From: Candidatus Heimdallarchaeota archaeon
Lineage (GTDB): Archaea > Asgardarchaeota > Heimdallarchaeia > JABLTI01
Assembly: GCA_018238155.1 (NCBI GenBank)
Contig: JABCTZ010000045.1
Coordinates: 1 to 64,000, forward strand
DNA length: 64,000 nt
Direction of reading: 5' to 3'
Made by a program: the position numbers and the translations under genes. Shown piece by piece: positions 7,722-18,692 of this stretch (positions are counted from its first letter, which is position 1; every line of letters begins with the position of its first letter). The notes beneath the pieces were generated by a model. The model was not told where the DNA came from and made no database searches. It saw only the letters and a program-made list of their open reading frames with translations.

Positions 7722-9383
7722 TTAAATCAAATATCGTCCACATTTCACGCAATAATATTTGTTATATTGTCGTATGTATTTTGCATAGGCACCACAAATT
7801 GGACATTTATTTTTCTTTTCGATTGTTTTTGAACTCAAATGTTGACTGATTTGTGGGTCAGGTGATTTTGTTGCATCTTCAGTCATATCTTTCAATTCAG
7901 AAATCATAGCACTTGAGAGTTCAGTGCCAATTACACTATCATTAGTAGGAACATATTCATTTTCTTGAATTGGTACTAATGGTTCCTCTTCAATAATATC
8001 TACTAAATCGTTTTCTGGTAAATCAACAAGTTCTTCTAATTCATCTATTGTAGCAGGAGTGTTATCTTGAATTACAATTTCCTCTGTTTCTGAGTGAAGA
8101 GAAGGATTTTCATCAAATTCTAATAAACTCTCCAATACTTTTTGATCTTCGTTAAATTTAGATTCATCAAGAGGAACTTCTTTAATTTCTTCGATAATTT
8201 TTTCTTCAATGATTTCTTCAGTTATGTCTATTTCAACTTGATCAATAACGTTCTCATCATCTGTTACATTACTTTCATTAGGGTCATCAATTGAAGCTAA
8301 TACATCTAGATCCTCTCTTAATTCGTCTATAGAGTCTTCAATTTCCACTTTTGCTTCATCTATTTGTATTCCATTTATTTTCACATTTGTGATTTCTTCT
8401 TCCAAATCTCTTAATCTTGAAGTTAAACTATCTAGTTGAAAATTAATTGAATTTAATACTCGTTCAAGTTCAGGTGTAATAAGAGGTCCGACTTCTTCTT
8501 GTTCTACTTTTTTGCCTTTGATTGAATTCTTTGGAACAGTAATTACTCGTTCTCCATCATCAGTTTTTTCACGACCAATTATAACATCATTTGTTTCATT
8601 CAAAACAGACATTACTTCTTCGATTAGTTTTTCTGTTTCTTCTTCGTCATCCCTACTTACCATTACTGATTTCTTGATTATTTTTTCTTTTTCTGTATCA
8701 AACGCAGGAACAATCATCATTGGCTCAACTAATGGTTTTTCAGGTGTACGTGGTTTCCCTTCAATAGCTACTTCATCTTTCTGTTTTTCCGGAGCAATCT
8801 CAATTGCATCCTCTGAAGCTTTTACGGGTGTTATTCCTTCTCTTTCAAGTAAGCATTTAGCCATTAAATCAAAAGCAATGTCAATGTTTTCTCCAGTTAG
8901 CGCAGAAGTTTCTATATAAGCACATTGTAATCCTGAGCTTTCCTTGAGAGCTTTAGCTAGCTGCTCTCCAGTTTCCCTAGTTATTACCCTCTTCCCTTTC
9001 AAATCTATTTTATTTGCACAAACAATGAAGATTTCAATTGTTCCATTTGAATATCTTATTGCTTCGTCTACCCAATTTGATACACTATTAAGCGAATTGG
9101 GATTTGTCACATCAAATACTAGAAAACAAGCTGTTGCACCACCATAAAAACTTGAACGTATATATTTGTACTTGTCTTGCCCGGCTAAATCCCAAATTTG
9201 GAAAGAAGTCATGAGGTTTCCAATTCTCGCTTTATAAGAGGAGAAATCAGCACCAACTGTAGATATATATTCTTCTGCGAAGTGTTCACCCATTGCCCTT
9301 TTCCTAATTGTAGTTTTACCTACAAAAGAATCACCAGTAAGTACTATTTTCCAAAGGAAATCAGCTTGTTTCTTATTCATCAT
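7722..9383 (-). CDS. Rab-like small GTPase with long acidic/coiled-coil tail and C-terminal Zn ribbon
   Basis: GDSFVGKT, WDLAGQ, NKID, ETSA; RabF-like VGADF, FYGGA, LVFDVT; CPICG...YYCVKC at the C-terminus. Confidence 0.9.
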   Translation of the reverse strand: MMNKKQADFLWKIVLTGDSFVGKTTIRKRAMGEHFAEEYISTVGADFSSYKARIGNLMTSFQIWDLAGQDKYKYIRSSFYGGATACFLVFDVTNPNSLNSVSNWVDEAIRYSNGTIEIFIVCANKIDLKGKRVITRETGEQLAKALKESSGLQCAYIETSALTGENIDIAFDLMAKCLLEREGITPVKASEDAIEIAPEKQKDEVAIEGKPRTPEKPLVEPMMIVPAFDTEKEKIIKKSVMVSRDDEEETEKLIEEVMSVLNETNDVIIGREKTDDGERVITVPKNSIKGKKVEQEEVGPLITPELERVLNSINFQLDSLTSRLRDLEEEITNVKINGIQIDEAKVEIEDSIDELREDLDVLASIDDPNESNVTDDENVIDQVEIDITEEIIEEKIIEEIKEVPLDESKFNEDQKVLESLLEFDENPSLHSETEEIVIQDNTPATIDELEELVDLPENDLVDIIEEEPLVPIQENEYVPTNDSVIGTELSSAMISELKDMTEDATKSPDPQISQHLSSKTIEKKNKCPICGAYAKYIRQYNKYYCVKCGRYLI

Positions 9384-9767
9384 ATTTTTTGTTTCCCTTT
9401 ATTTATTTATAAATACCTTTTTACAGTAGTATTAAATTATTAATTCCTATGTTCTTTACTTTTTCGCTAAAATTATTTGATTTTATTGAAAAAACTATTT
9501 TGCCTAGCATAAAAGCGTATTTTTAGTTTAGCATTATTAACTATAACACATAGCTGGGGGCAATATCCAAATATTACCATCCCTTATTTTCAATAAATTC
9601 TTTCTTATTATATAGAGGACAATTTAAGTAAAATCCTATTCAAATGAACGCTGTTTACTAATTATAAATTTAAGGTAAGCACCCATTTCCTCGAAGGTTC
9701 TTTGGAGTCAACTCCAAAAGAATAGAAATAAGAACATAAACATAAAATATTGAGTGTGAATTGAAAG

Positions 9768-11243
9768 TTGGGTTATGATCCTAATAGACGATGCATGAAA
9801 TGCGGCAAAAGGAATGGTTTTCTATATTATTGTGAGGATTGTGGAGGCTCATTCTGCAACGATTGCATAATTTCTGAAAAAACTGAATGTACATTTTGTA
9901 ACGATTGTGCCCATATTAGTGTAGGAAGCAAATGTGAAAAGTGTGGAAAAACCAATCATTTAACTGCTGCTAAAAGATATTTAAGAAAATGTCCGAGTTG
10001 TACTTCTATAAAAATAAAAGACATCCCTAAAAAAATAGCCGGTCTCTCTTCGGAATATATTGAAGCGATCAATATCATTTACGGAGGTTTAGACATCATC
10101 CGTAATTATGCTAGCAGTTTTTCTGAAGTCGTCAGCCAAGCAAAATACCTTCGTCGTGAAAGATTTGGTCTTTATCCTAATATTGAGAATAATCTGATAC
10201 GTATTCAAGGTCAATTTTACGAAATTACTCAACGTGCTTTAGGACTCATCGATAAAGTATACAAGCAAATATTAAATGACGCACGTTTGCTCCGATTTAA
10301 TCATCAAGTAACTATTGATCAACTACCTAACATAGATCGTGTACTAAAAACAATCAAGTACAATACTCAAGGTTATGCTAACCTGATTAATGATTTTCTA
10401 AATGAAGCAAAAACAGAGCTTGCTGATGTGAAAGAACTCGTAAACGAATTAAGAAATTATATTACTTATTTCGATGAAGTTTCAGATAAATTTGAACCTG
10501 AAATGCTTGAATTGAAAATTGCTGCTATACCAAATGTAAAAGTAACACTTCCGGATAGTAGAAGGAAAAAAAGAGGTATAATTTTCTTAACAAATAAGCA
10601 TCTCTATTTTCTTCCAAGTTTCAAATTTATTTTCCGCTTCCAAGGAAAAGTAAGAGCAATCCCCATTTCAATGATACGAGAAGTTGAAACTAAAGAAAGA
10701 AAATTGTTTAGCTCTTACTTGATGATTAATAGTCCTGAAAGAAAAACAATGAAAATTCATTGTTCCAGAACAGAGTTGGACCATCTTAATTTTCTCTTTG
10801 GCATTCTTTTCAACGAAAATGAGGGATATATTATCTCCGATCCATATTTCATCGAAGAACTAAGAGCTACTCTAGATTACAGTGTTCTTCGAGAAAAAAT
10901 CGAGCGCCGTATTAAAGACTTGAAACAGATACCATTTACTCAAATCACACCGCCACAACAACAACAGAATATTTGGCGAAGAGGTCCTATTGTTAACGTT
11001 AACACAGAAAGCAGTGAAACAAAACAACTAAGAATTAAGCTTAGAGCAGCAAGAGATACTCTTAGTCAATTAGAGAAAGCTTTTGAAGATCGTAATATAA
11101 CACCAGAAATTTATTTCTCGCGTTTGGAAAAAACTCGCGAAAAAATAATTTCATTAGAAGAAAAATTGAAAGATATTATGCGAATGAATACTGGTTATCA
11201 ACAACAAAATAATTTTTCTGATTTTATAAGAAATGTAAGATAA
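9768..11243 (+). CDS. Multi-Zn-finger / coiled-coil / PH(GRAM)-like / steadiness-box-like protein
   Basis: Six CxxC pairs; GIIFLTNKHLYF...IPISMIREVE PH-like block; C-terminal AARDTLSQLEKAFEDRNITPEIYF. Confidence 0.7.
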   Translation: MGYDPNRRCMKCGKRNGFLYYCEDCGGSFCNDCIISEKTECTFCNDCAHISVGSKCEKCGKTNHLTAAKRYLRKCPSCTSIKIKDIPKKIAGLSSEYIEAINIIYGGLDIIRNYASSFSEVVSQAKYLRRERFGLYPNIENNLIRIQGQFYEITQRALGLIDKVYKQILNDARLLRFNHQVTIDQLPNIDRVLKTIKYNTQGYANLINDFLNEAKTELADVKELVNELRNYITYFDEVSDKFEPEMLELKIAAIPNVKVTLPDSRRKKRGIIFLTNKHLYFLPSFKFIFRFQGKVRAIPISMIREVETKERKLFSSYLMINSPERKTMKIHCSRTELDHLNFLFGILFNENEGYIISDPYFIEELRATLDYSVLREKIERRIKDLKQIPFTQITPPQQQQNIWRRGPIVNVNTESSETKQLRIKLRAARDTLSQLEKAFEDRNITPEIYFSRLEKTREKIISLEEKLKDIMRMNTGYQQQNNFSDFIRNVR

Positions 11244-11658
11244 TTCACTCAATTTGATCAAAAAATGATAAAGACAAAAATATTATACCAATCTAAGCTT
11301 TTGAAACCTTCCCTCTTTCCTTATTATTTCGGTTATTCAAAAAAATTAGAGCGCATAGTAGAATCAATAACGTATGGAACTACAAGTTTAGGAAGCCATT
11401 TATTCGCAATGTTGAATTTAGCTATTAATGATTCCTATAACAAAAGATTAAAAATCACCAAAAGAATTATCTCATTATCGGTAAGTAATAGAGAAGAACT
11501 CGATACTATTAATGATGTTGAGATGTATTCCATCACTGACCGGGATACCCCTTAACTCTGAGAGGACAATCACCTCAAAGACAAGAAGGCTTGAAGCATA
11601 GACATAGATGCAAAATATTAAAAAGATATTTGATGAATAAAACAATGAGGTCTTTACA

Positions 11659-12222
11659 TTGCGCAAGGATAGTCAAGGCAGAATTCACTTAAAAATTGTC
11701 TTCTACGGACCCTCCCTTAGTGGGAAAACAACTGGATTACGATGGCTCTACGACCAAGTAGAAGGACTAACGAAAGGCGGTTTTACATCTATTGCTGACC
11801 CCACTGGGAGAACACTCTATTTTGATTTCACACCCTTTTCTGCGTCTGGGAGAGTAATTTTGGATGCTTATACAGTTGCAGGGCAAGCAAGGCATAAAAG
11901 TCAAAGAAAAGTGATTTTAAGAGGAGTAGACGGCATAATTCTCATGCTTGATTCCACACCTGAAATGCAGAAATTCAATGAAGAATCGGTGGAGGAATTG
12001 CAAGAATACCTAGGAGATAGATTTGGTACAGAAGTACCTATTGTAATTTCTTTGAATAAACGAGATGTCCCTAATGCTTTATCTCGTCCTGAGATGCTTT
12101 CCGGATTAGGTTTAGAAGGTTACCCTGTTTATGAAACCATTGCAACAAAAGGCATTGGAGTTAAAAGAGCATTTCAATCTATAGCAAGAGAAATTCTCTT
12201 AAAGCAATTGTATGGAAAATAG
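11659..12222 (+). CDS. MglA-like small GTPase
   Basis: KIVFYGPSLSGKTT, GRTLYFDF, YTVAGQ, NKRD. Confidence 0.9.
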   Translation: MRKDSQGRIHLKIVFYGPSLSGKTTGLRWLYDQVEGLTKGGFTSIADPTGRTLYFDFTPFSASGRVILDAYTVAGQARHKSQRKVILRGVDGIILMLDSTPEMQKFNEESVEELQEYLGDRFGTEVPIVISLNKRDVPNALSRPEMLSGLGLEGYPVYETIATKGIGVKRAFQSIAREILLKQLYGK

Positions 12223-12325
12223 ATCATTTTTTCTCTTTTCCCTAATATTTTCTCATTTTTCATTAGTTTTTTCTTATTTTGTTAAGCAATAGCTAATAAT
12301 ACTTTCAGTAATTATTATCTATTAG

Positions 12326-12817
12326 GTGATGTTTTTGGTGGAACCTTTAATTTTAAAAGTAGGCGATAAAGCACCAGAATTTTGTTTATATGACAAAGAT
12401 GAAAATGAAATTTGCCTTAAGAATTTCGAAGGGAAATGGATTGTGCTTTATTTTTATCCAAAAGATAATACCAAAGCGTGTACAATTGAAGCAATTGACT
12501 TTACAGCACAGCTAAGTGAATTTTCTAAATTGGGAGCTATTATATTTGGCATTAGCCCTGATTCAACTACAAGTCACCAAAAATTCACTGATAAACACGA
12601 GTTAAAAATACAATTACTTAGTGATACAAAACACACAGTTCTTGAAAAATATGGAATATGGCAAGAAAAATCAATGTATGGTAGAACTTACTTTGGTGTT
12701 GTTAGGAGTACATTATTAATCAATCCTGAAGGAAAAATCGCTGAAGTTTGGGAAAAAGTTCGTGTAGCAAAACACGTTGAAAATGTGAAAAATAGATTAA
12801 TCGAGTTACAACAGTAA
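12326..12817 (+). CDS. bcp: Peroxiredoxin Bcp/PrxQ
   Basis: LYFYPKDNTKACTIEA motif. Confidence 0.92.
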   Translation: MMFLVEPLILKVGDKAPEFCLYDKDENEICLKNFEGKWIVLYFYPKDNTKACTIEAIDFTAQLSEFSKLGAIIFGISPDSTTSHQKFTDKHELKIQLLSDTKHTVLEKYGIWQEKSMYGRTYFGVVRSTLLINPEGKIAEVWEKVRVAKHVENVKNRLIELQQ

Positions 12818-12874
12818 ATTGTTATTTTGATCTCTATCATTTTTTCTTTTATTTATTTCTGAAGTTGATTAAAT

Positions 12875-14998
12875 ATGGCAAAAATACAGCAAGGTTCACA
12901 AAAGAATGAAAAATATAATCATTTAATTAATGAAAAAAGCCCGTACTTACTTCAACATGCAGATAATCCTGTTGATTGGTATCCTTGGGGCGAGGAAGCT
13001 TTTGAAAAGGCACGTAAGGAAGATAAACCAATATTTCTTTCCATAGGATATTCTACATGCCATTGGTGTCATGTAATGGCACATGAATCTTTTGAGGACC
13101 TTGAAGTTGCAAAATTAATGAATGAAACATTTATTTCAATCAAAGTTGATCGTGAAGAACGCCCCGAAATTGATAGCCTCTACATGTCTGTTTGTCAAAT
13201 GTTAACAGGAAGTGGTGGATGGCCATTAACAATTATTATGGATGCGGATAAGCGACCATTTACTGCAGGTACCTATTTTCCAAAACAAAGTCGATACGGT
13301 CGTATTGGTATGGTGGAATTAATACCTCGTATTCAAGATTTTTGGAAAAATCAGCGAGATTCACTCGAAGCTTCTGCAAAAGATGTTATTGAACAATTAC
13401 AGCGAATGGAATACACACCTAGTAGTGAATTTACTATTGATATATTAGATGAAGCTTTCAAAGAAGCTTCTATGCTTTTTGACGAAAAATTGGGTGGATT
13501 TAAGGGAGCACCAAAATTCCCTACACCACATAAATTGTTATTTCTTCTTCGATATTGGAGAAGAACAAACAACGAACGTGCGCTAATGATAGTAGAAGAA
13601 ACTCTTCAAGCAATGCGTAATGGAGGAATTTTTGACCATATAGGATTTGGTTTTCATCGTTATTCTACAGATTCTTCATGGTTATTGCAACATTTTGAAA
13701 AAATGCTCTATGATCAGGCGCTTTTAGCTCTTGCTTACATTGAAACATATCAAGCAACAAAAAACAAATATTATCAGAATGTTGCAGAAGAAATTTTTAC
13801 TTATGTTTTACGCGATATGACCTCCCCTCTTGGAGGCTTTTATTCTGCAGAAGATGCAGATAGTGAAGGAGAAGAAGGTAAATTTTACACTTGGTCTACA
13901 GATGAAATTAAAAATGTTCTAGATGAAGAAAATAGTAAGCTATTTCTTAAAGTGTATAATTTTGAAAGTGATGGTAATTTCTATGACCAAGCTACTCGAG
14001 AGAAAACTGGTACTAACATTCCCCATTTGAAAAATTCGATTGAAATTGTGGCCAAAGAACTTTCTATTCCTATTGATGAATTAAAAACACAATTAGAGAG
14101 AAATCGAAGTATGCTATTCTCAATTCGTTTGAATCGTGTTCATCCACACAAAGATGACAAAATTCTAACAGATTGGAACGGCTTAATGATAGCTGCTCTT
14201 GCATTAGCCGGGAGAGTTTTTGAAAAGAAAGAATATGTTATTGCCGCTCAGAATGCAGCAGATTTTATACTTGAGAATATGTTAACAAAAAACTATCGTT
14301 TAAACCACAGATTTAGGGATGGAGAAACTGCGATTCAAGGGATGATTGATGATTATGCTTTTCTTATTTGGGGGCTTTTAGAATTGTATCAGACAACATT
14401 TAATGTGAGATATCTTAAACAAGCTATCTCTCTCAATATATCATTACTGGAACATTTTTGGGATGAAAAAAATGGTGCTTTGTTCTTTACACCTAATGAT
14501 GGTGAACAACTCCTCATTCGTAAAAAAGAAATTTATGATGGAGCAATTCCTTCTGGGAATTCAGTTTCAATGTTGAATTTCATAAAAATCGCTAGAATTA
14601 CTGGTAATGTGGAATTAGATGAAAAAGTATTACAAATAAACAAAGCATTCTCAATAACAATTGAGCAATCCCTTATTGCACATACTATGTTTCTAAGTGC
14701 CTTGGAATACATTTATGGTTCTTCGTTTGAAGTTGTCATTGTTGGTAAATTTAATTCAGATAATACTAATGAAATGCTGAAAGCGATTCGCTCTCATTTC
14801 ATACCAAATATGATTGTCTTATTTTTACCGATGGATGAGAAATCTCCGGAGATCGCTAAAATAACAAATTTTGTTCACTTTAAAGAGAGCATCGATAATA
14901 AAGCAACAGCACATGTTTGTTTTAATCGTTTTTGCAAATTTCCCACAACGGAAATTAGTACAATGCTTAAATTTTTGAAAATCAATATTGAAAAGTGA
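12875..14998 (+). CDS. YyaL/SPATA20 thioredoxin-domain protein
   Basis: [34 protein letters not shown]. Confidence 0.93.
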   Translation: MAKIQQGSQKNEKYNHLINEKSPYLLQHADNPVDWYPWGEEAFEKARKEDKPIFLSIGYSTCHWCHVMAHESFEDLEVAKLMNETFISIKVDREERPEIDSLYMSVCQMLTGSGGWPLTIIMDADKRPFTAGTYFPKQSRYGRIGMVELIPRIQDFWKNQRDSLEASAKDVIEQLQRMEYTPSSEFTIDILDEAFKEASMLFDEKLGGFKGAPKFPTPHKLLFLLRYWRRTNNERALMIVEETLQAMRNGGIFDHIGFGFHRYSTDSSWLLQHFEKMLYDQALLALAYIETYQATKNKYYQNVAEEIFTYVLRDMTSPLGGFYSAEDADSEGEEGKFYTWSTDEIKNVLDEENSKLFLKVYNFESDGNFYDQATREKTGTNIPHLKNSIEIVAKELSIPIDELKTQLERNRSMLFSIRLNRVHPHKDDKILTDWNGLMIAALALAGRVFEKKEYVIAAQNAADFILENMLTKNYRLNHRFRDGETAIQGMIDDYAFLIWGLLELYQTTFNVRYLKQAISLNISLLEHFWDEKNGALFFTPNDGEQLLIRKKEIYDGAIPSGNSVSMLNFIKIARITGNVELDEKVLQINKAFSITIEQSLIAHTMFLSALEYIYGSSFEVVIVGKFNSDNTNEMLKAIRSHFIPNMIVLFLPMDEKSPEIAKITNFVHFKESIDNKATAHVCFNRFCKFPTTEISTMLKFLKINIEK

Positions 14999-15091
14999 GA
15001 TTTTAAGAAAAAGTAATTATACATAAGCACTTCAAATGGATTATAGATATTCTTAACAAATAATGTTTTAAATCGAAAAGTTGGGTTACAA

Positions 15092-16456
15092 ATGACAAAT
15101 ACTAAAAAAACTAGAGTCGCAGTTATTGGAATGGGATATGTTGGTATTCCTGCCGCAGCATTAATTGCCGATGTAGATGGATTTGAAGTGACGGGCATCC
15201 AAAGAAGATCTGAACGGTCTGGCTGGAAGATTGAAGCATTAAATAGAGGTGAGTGCCCAATTCTCAATGAACCTTTACTTCCTAAATTAATTCAACGAGT
15301 TATTCTTGAAAAGAAGAGCTTTCATATAACAGATAATACAGATCTCTTGAAAGAAATGGATTATATTTTAATTGATGTTCAAACTCCTACTGATAAGGAA
15401 ACAAATCAACCCATATATAGATCTCTTAGAGAGGTCTCTGCAACAGTCGGTCAAAAAATGAAAAAGGGTGCTGTAATTGTTGTTGAATCAACTGTTGCTC
15501 CTGGCACTACAGAATTTATTGTAAAACCTATACTTGAAGAGAATTCTGGAATGAAAGCAGGCGAAGATTTCTTTCTTGTTTTTGCTTACGAACGAGTAAT
15601 GGTTGGAAGATTAATTAACAATATTGTTAACTATCCAAGAATTATTGGTGGGCTGACTGAAAAATGCACCGAGAAGGGATTGTGGTTATATAAACACATT
15701 GTAAAGGAGAAGCTCATTCCAGTTTCAGCTACAACAGCTGAAGTAGCTAAAGTTGTTGAAAACACTTACAGAGATGTTCAAATTGCTTTTGCGAATGAAG
15801 TAGCACTTGCTTGTGAGTCTCTTAGTGTAAATTTCAATGATGTAAGAGAGTGTGTAAATAGTTTACCATTTAATTCTAATGCTTACAGAGATCTACATTT
15901 GCCAGGTGCAGGAGTAGGTGGCCATTGCTTGCCAAAAGACCCCTGGTTATTGAAATATGGAGTAGATACCTATGGTAATAAAAAAGTTCCATTTGATGTT
16001 ATTATCAAATCCAGGGAACGAAATGAAATGATGCCATCTCATATGATCAGCTTATCAAAAGAAGCTGCTGAAAAAGCAGGCATAGATTTCAAAAAATCAA
16101 AGATTGCTATATTGGGTGCTTCATTTATCGAAAATTCAGAGGATACAAGAAATTCTCCAACAGAAACAATAGTTAAAATCTTAGATAAAGAAAAAATTAC
16201 TTGGATGATCCATGATCCATTAGTGCGTCAAAGAGAATTTCCTTATACAATTTCAGATGACTTAGAGGAAGTCATTCAAGATGCAGATTTACTCTTAATT
16301 ATGGTTAAGCATAAAGAGTATTTTGATATCAAACCTGCGTGGCTGAAAGGAAAAATGAAAACAGCTATTGTAATTGATGGTCGAGATGTTCTTAATTTAG
16401 ATGACTTTCGCAAAGAAAAGTTCATCTTCTATGGCGTTGGAAAACCTAAAATATAG
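15092..16456 (+). CDS. Nucleotide-sugar dehydrogenase (WecC-like)
   Basis: GMGYVG, ESTVAPG, GVGGHCLPKDP. Confidence 0.9.
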   Translation: MTNTKKTRVAVIGMGYVGIPAAALIADVDGFEVTGIQRRSERSGWKIEALNRGECPILNEPLLPKLIQRVILEKKSFHITDNTDLLKEMDYILIDVQTPTDKETNQPIYRSLREVSATVGQKMKKGAVIVVESTVAPGTTEFIVKPILEENSGMKAGEDFFLVFAYERVMVGRLINNIVNYPRIIGGLTEKCTEKGLWLYKHIVKEKLIPVSATTAEVAKVVENTYRDVQIAFANEVALACESLSVNFNDVRECVNSLPFNSNAYRDLHLPGAGVGGHCLPKDPWLLKYGVDTYGNKKVPFDVIIKSRERNEMMPSHMISLSKEAAEKAGIDFKKSKIAILGASFIENSEDTRNSPTETIVKILDKEKITWMIHDPLVRQREFPYTISDDLEEVIQDADLLLIMVKHKEYFDIKPAWLKGKMKTAIVIDGRDVLNLDDFRKEKFIFYGVGKPKI

Positions 16457-16633
16457 ATAGTGTATTTCCAACCGTTTTTTTTTCCCTCAGAAGATTATTT
16501 GATTTCTTTATGGTTTCGAAATATTTTCAGATGATTTTTATTATAAATTAAACTGCTAACTTTTAGTAAAACTTCTGTTTTAATATAATTAGAGCAAATA
16601 ACAATTAGGTTACACAAAAGGAGGTAATTTTTA

Positions 16634-17059
16634 TTGTCTGAAAATGAAGACGTTTGTGAAATAGTATCTAAAATGAAGCTAACATTGACCACGGGTAAAA
16701 AGTGGGGAAGTTCAACTGATGATCCAATTAAATTAAATATTGGAGAGCATTCCTGGAATCTTGACCATCCATATTGTGATGATTTTGAAAAAGGTAAAAC
16801 TGATGTTTTTAATCTAGATATACCAGAAGGGTTAACCTCTGACTGTTTTCAATATTTCTGCTTTAGCAAAGAACATCCAATTGTGGGTGATAAATGGTTA
16901 TTAACTGGTGCTAAATTAGAAATCAATGATAGGGTAATCTATGATTCGGGTGAAATTGAAATTTGGTTTGAAGGTGAAAAAATCCATTGGTGCATTCCTG
17001 ACTTTAATTATGGCAAATGTCGAGGTAACGTCAGTCCAGATTTCAACGTTAAACATTAG
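16634..17059 (+). CDS. Stand-alone PLAT/LH2-like domain protein
   Basis: TG...TDD.I.L, DDFEKGKTDVF, W.L pattern typical of PLAT. Confidence 0.6.
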   Translation: MSENEDVCEIVSKMKLTLTTGKKWGSSTDDPIKLNIGEHSWNLDHPYCDDFEKGKTDVFNLDIPEGLTSDCFQYFCFSKEHPIVGDKWLLTGAKLEINDRVIYDSGEIEIWFEGEKIHWCIPDFNYGKCRGNVSPDFNVKH

Positions 17060-17300
17060 GTAGCTAATGTTACATTACCTTTTTTCTATCATTTATCATT
17101 GTCCATATAGTGTGATTATAATTACTTTCTCTCTCAAGTAAATAACTAATTATTGTCGTTCTTTTTCAGCTTAAGTTTGTAATTAAAATGGAGGAAATGT
17201 TTATATAGTTATAAAGAGAGATATACCACCAAGGTAGTCCTACTCTAATACTCATCAAGAGAGTATGACCAACTCCTTATAGCAGTACAAAGAAACACAA

Positions 17301-18296
17301 TTGGAGAATATTGAATTGTTGAAAGAAAAAACTCAAAGGGAAGAACAAGAAAAGAATTGCAAGATTTGTAGTTCAGAAACACTTATTGATGATAAATCAC
17401 GTGGAGAAAGGATTTGTACTTCATGTGGAGCAGTACAAGAAATAATTATAAGCTCTGGTCCTGAATGGAGAGCATTCACTAAAAGTGAACAGAATGCTCG
17501 TGAACGTGTTGGTGCTCCAGCATCAAACCTAAAAATCGATAAAGGGTTAAGAACACAAATAGGAGCAGGTTATAAAGATATCACTGGTAAAAGCTTAAGC
17601 CCATCAACCATCGCAAGAATGAATCGTTTAAGATGGTTAAATAGGAGAACGGGCAGATCTGAAGCTCGAAACTTACGCGATGCTATTTTTGAATTAAAAA
17701 GAATTGCAAGCCAATTAGGTATCTCTGATGATATTAACGAATCAGCTGCTATTTACTATCGAAGAGCATTAAAAGCAAAGCTAATTCGTGGTAGAAGTAT
17801 AGACTCAATGACGGCTTCAGCAATATATATTGCTTGTAGAACACATAACGTTCCAAAAACATTGAAAGATATCTGTACAATTGCTAAAGTTGACAAGAAA
17901 GAATTGGCTAGATGTGTTAGAGTATATATTGTTGAGCTTGGTATAAAGCCAACACCAATTGATCCAGCACAGTTAGTATCACGATTAGGAACAGAACTCA
18001 ATCTCACAATGCACACACAAAACAGAGCAATTGAGATTCTGAAAACTGTTAGACAATACAGATTAGATGTTGGAAAGAATCCAATGTCCATTGCTGCCGC
18101 AGTGTTATATATAGCAGGTATACAAACTGGTGAAAGAAGAACACAACAACAAGTTGCTTTTGCAGCAAAGACTACACCAGTCACTCTTCGTAATCGATTC
18201 AAAGAGTTAGTTGCAGTATTAAAAATTGGTCAAGTAACTGTCAAACGTGGTGCTGCCGCTACACCAGTATATGTTAGAGATCCTTATAAATTTTAG
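17301..18296 (+). CDS. tfb: Transcription initiation factor IIB
   Basis: N-terminal Zn ribbon, GPEWRAF, two cyclin repeats. Confidence 0.95.
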   Translation: MENIELLKEKTQREEQEKNCKICSSETLIDDKSRGERICTSCGAVQEIIISSGPEWRAFTKSEQNARERVGAPASNLKIDKGLRTQIGAGYKDITGKSLSPSTIARMNRLRWLNRRTGRSEARNLRDAIFELKRIASQLGISDDINESAAIYYRRALKAKLIRGRSIDSMTASAIYIACRTHNVPKTLKDICTIAKVDKKELARCVRVYIVELGIKPTPIDPAQLVSRLGTELNLTMHTQNRAIEILKTVRQYRLDVGKNPMSIAAAVLYIAGIQTGERRTQQQVAFAAKTTPVTLRNRFKELVAVLKIGQVTVKRGAAATPVYVRDPYKF

Positions 18297-18455
18297 AGGA
18301 CAGTAACCACCTCTAATTTTTTTTATCATAGACTTTTTCACATTATGGTGGCGAAAGTGAAAGATCACCTACTTTCGTCACATTCTAGTTATTTTTAATT
18401 CATTCATTGGGGTTCGTACACTGAAGAAAATAGCCTAAGAAACCATTTAGTAATA

Positions 18456-18692
18456 ATGGTCAATATTGCAATCAATGACTATTTAAGTGGAAAACTAATA
18501 CTTGATAATAACAAGTTTTTAATAGAAAGAATGAAAGTCTCAACAACGACAAGTGAAAAAGAAGAACTTGACACTGTTATGGATGCTGAGATGCACCTTT
18601 CCGTGACCATGAATAATGCTGACTTTGAGAGTGCAACCAACTCAATGAACAAGAAGGCTTGGAACATAGGCAAGGAAAAGACAATAAACTAA
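18456..18692 (+). CDS. Hypothetical protein
   Basis: 78-aa ORF abutting rfcS; no motif recognised. Confidence 0.3.
   Translation: MVNIAINDYLSGKLILDNNKFLIERMKVSTTTSEKEELDTVMDAEMHLSVTMNNADFESATNSMNKKAWNIGKEKTIN

Noticed and set aside
11265-11666. ORFs 11265-11555 and 11475-11666 as a roadblock/MglB gene
   Set aside because: No roadblock-like pattern; composition looks non-coding
18348-18381. Hairpin downstream of tfb as a SECIS element
   Set aside because: No in-frame TGA in neighbouring genes; more likely a terminator or stability hairpin
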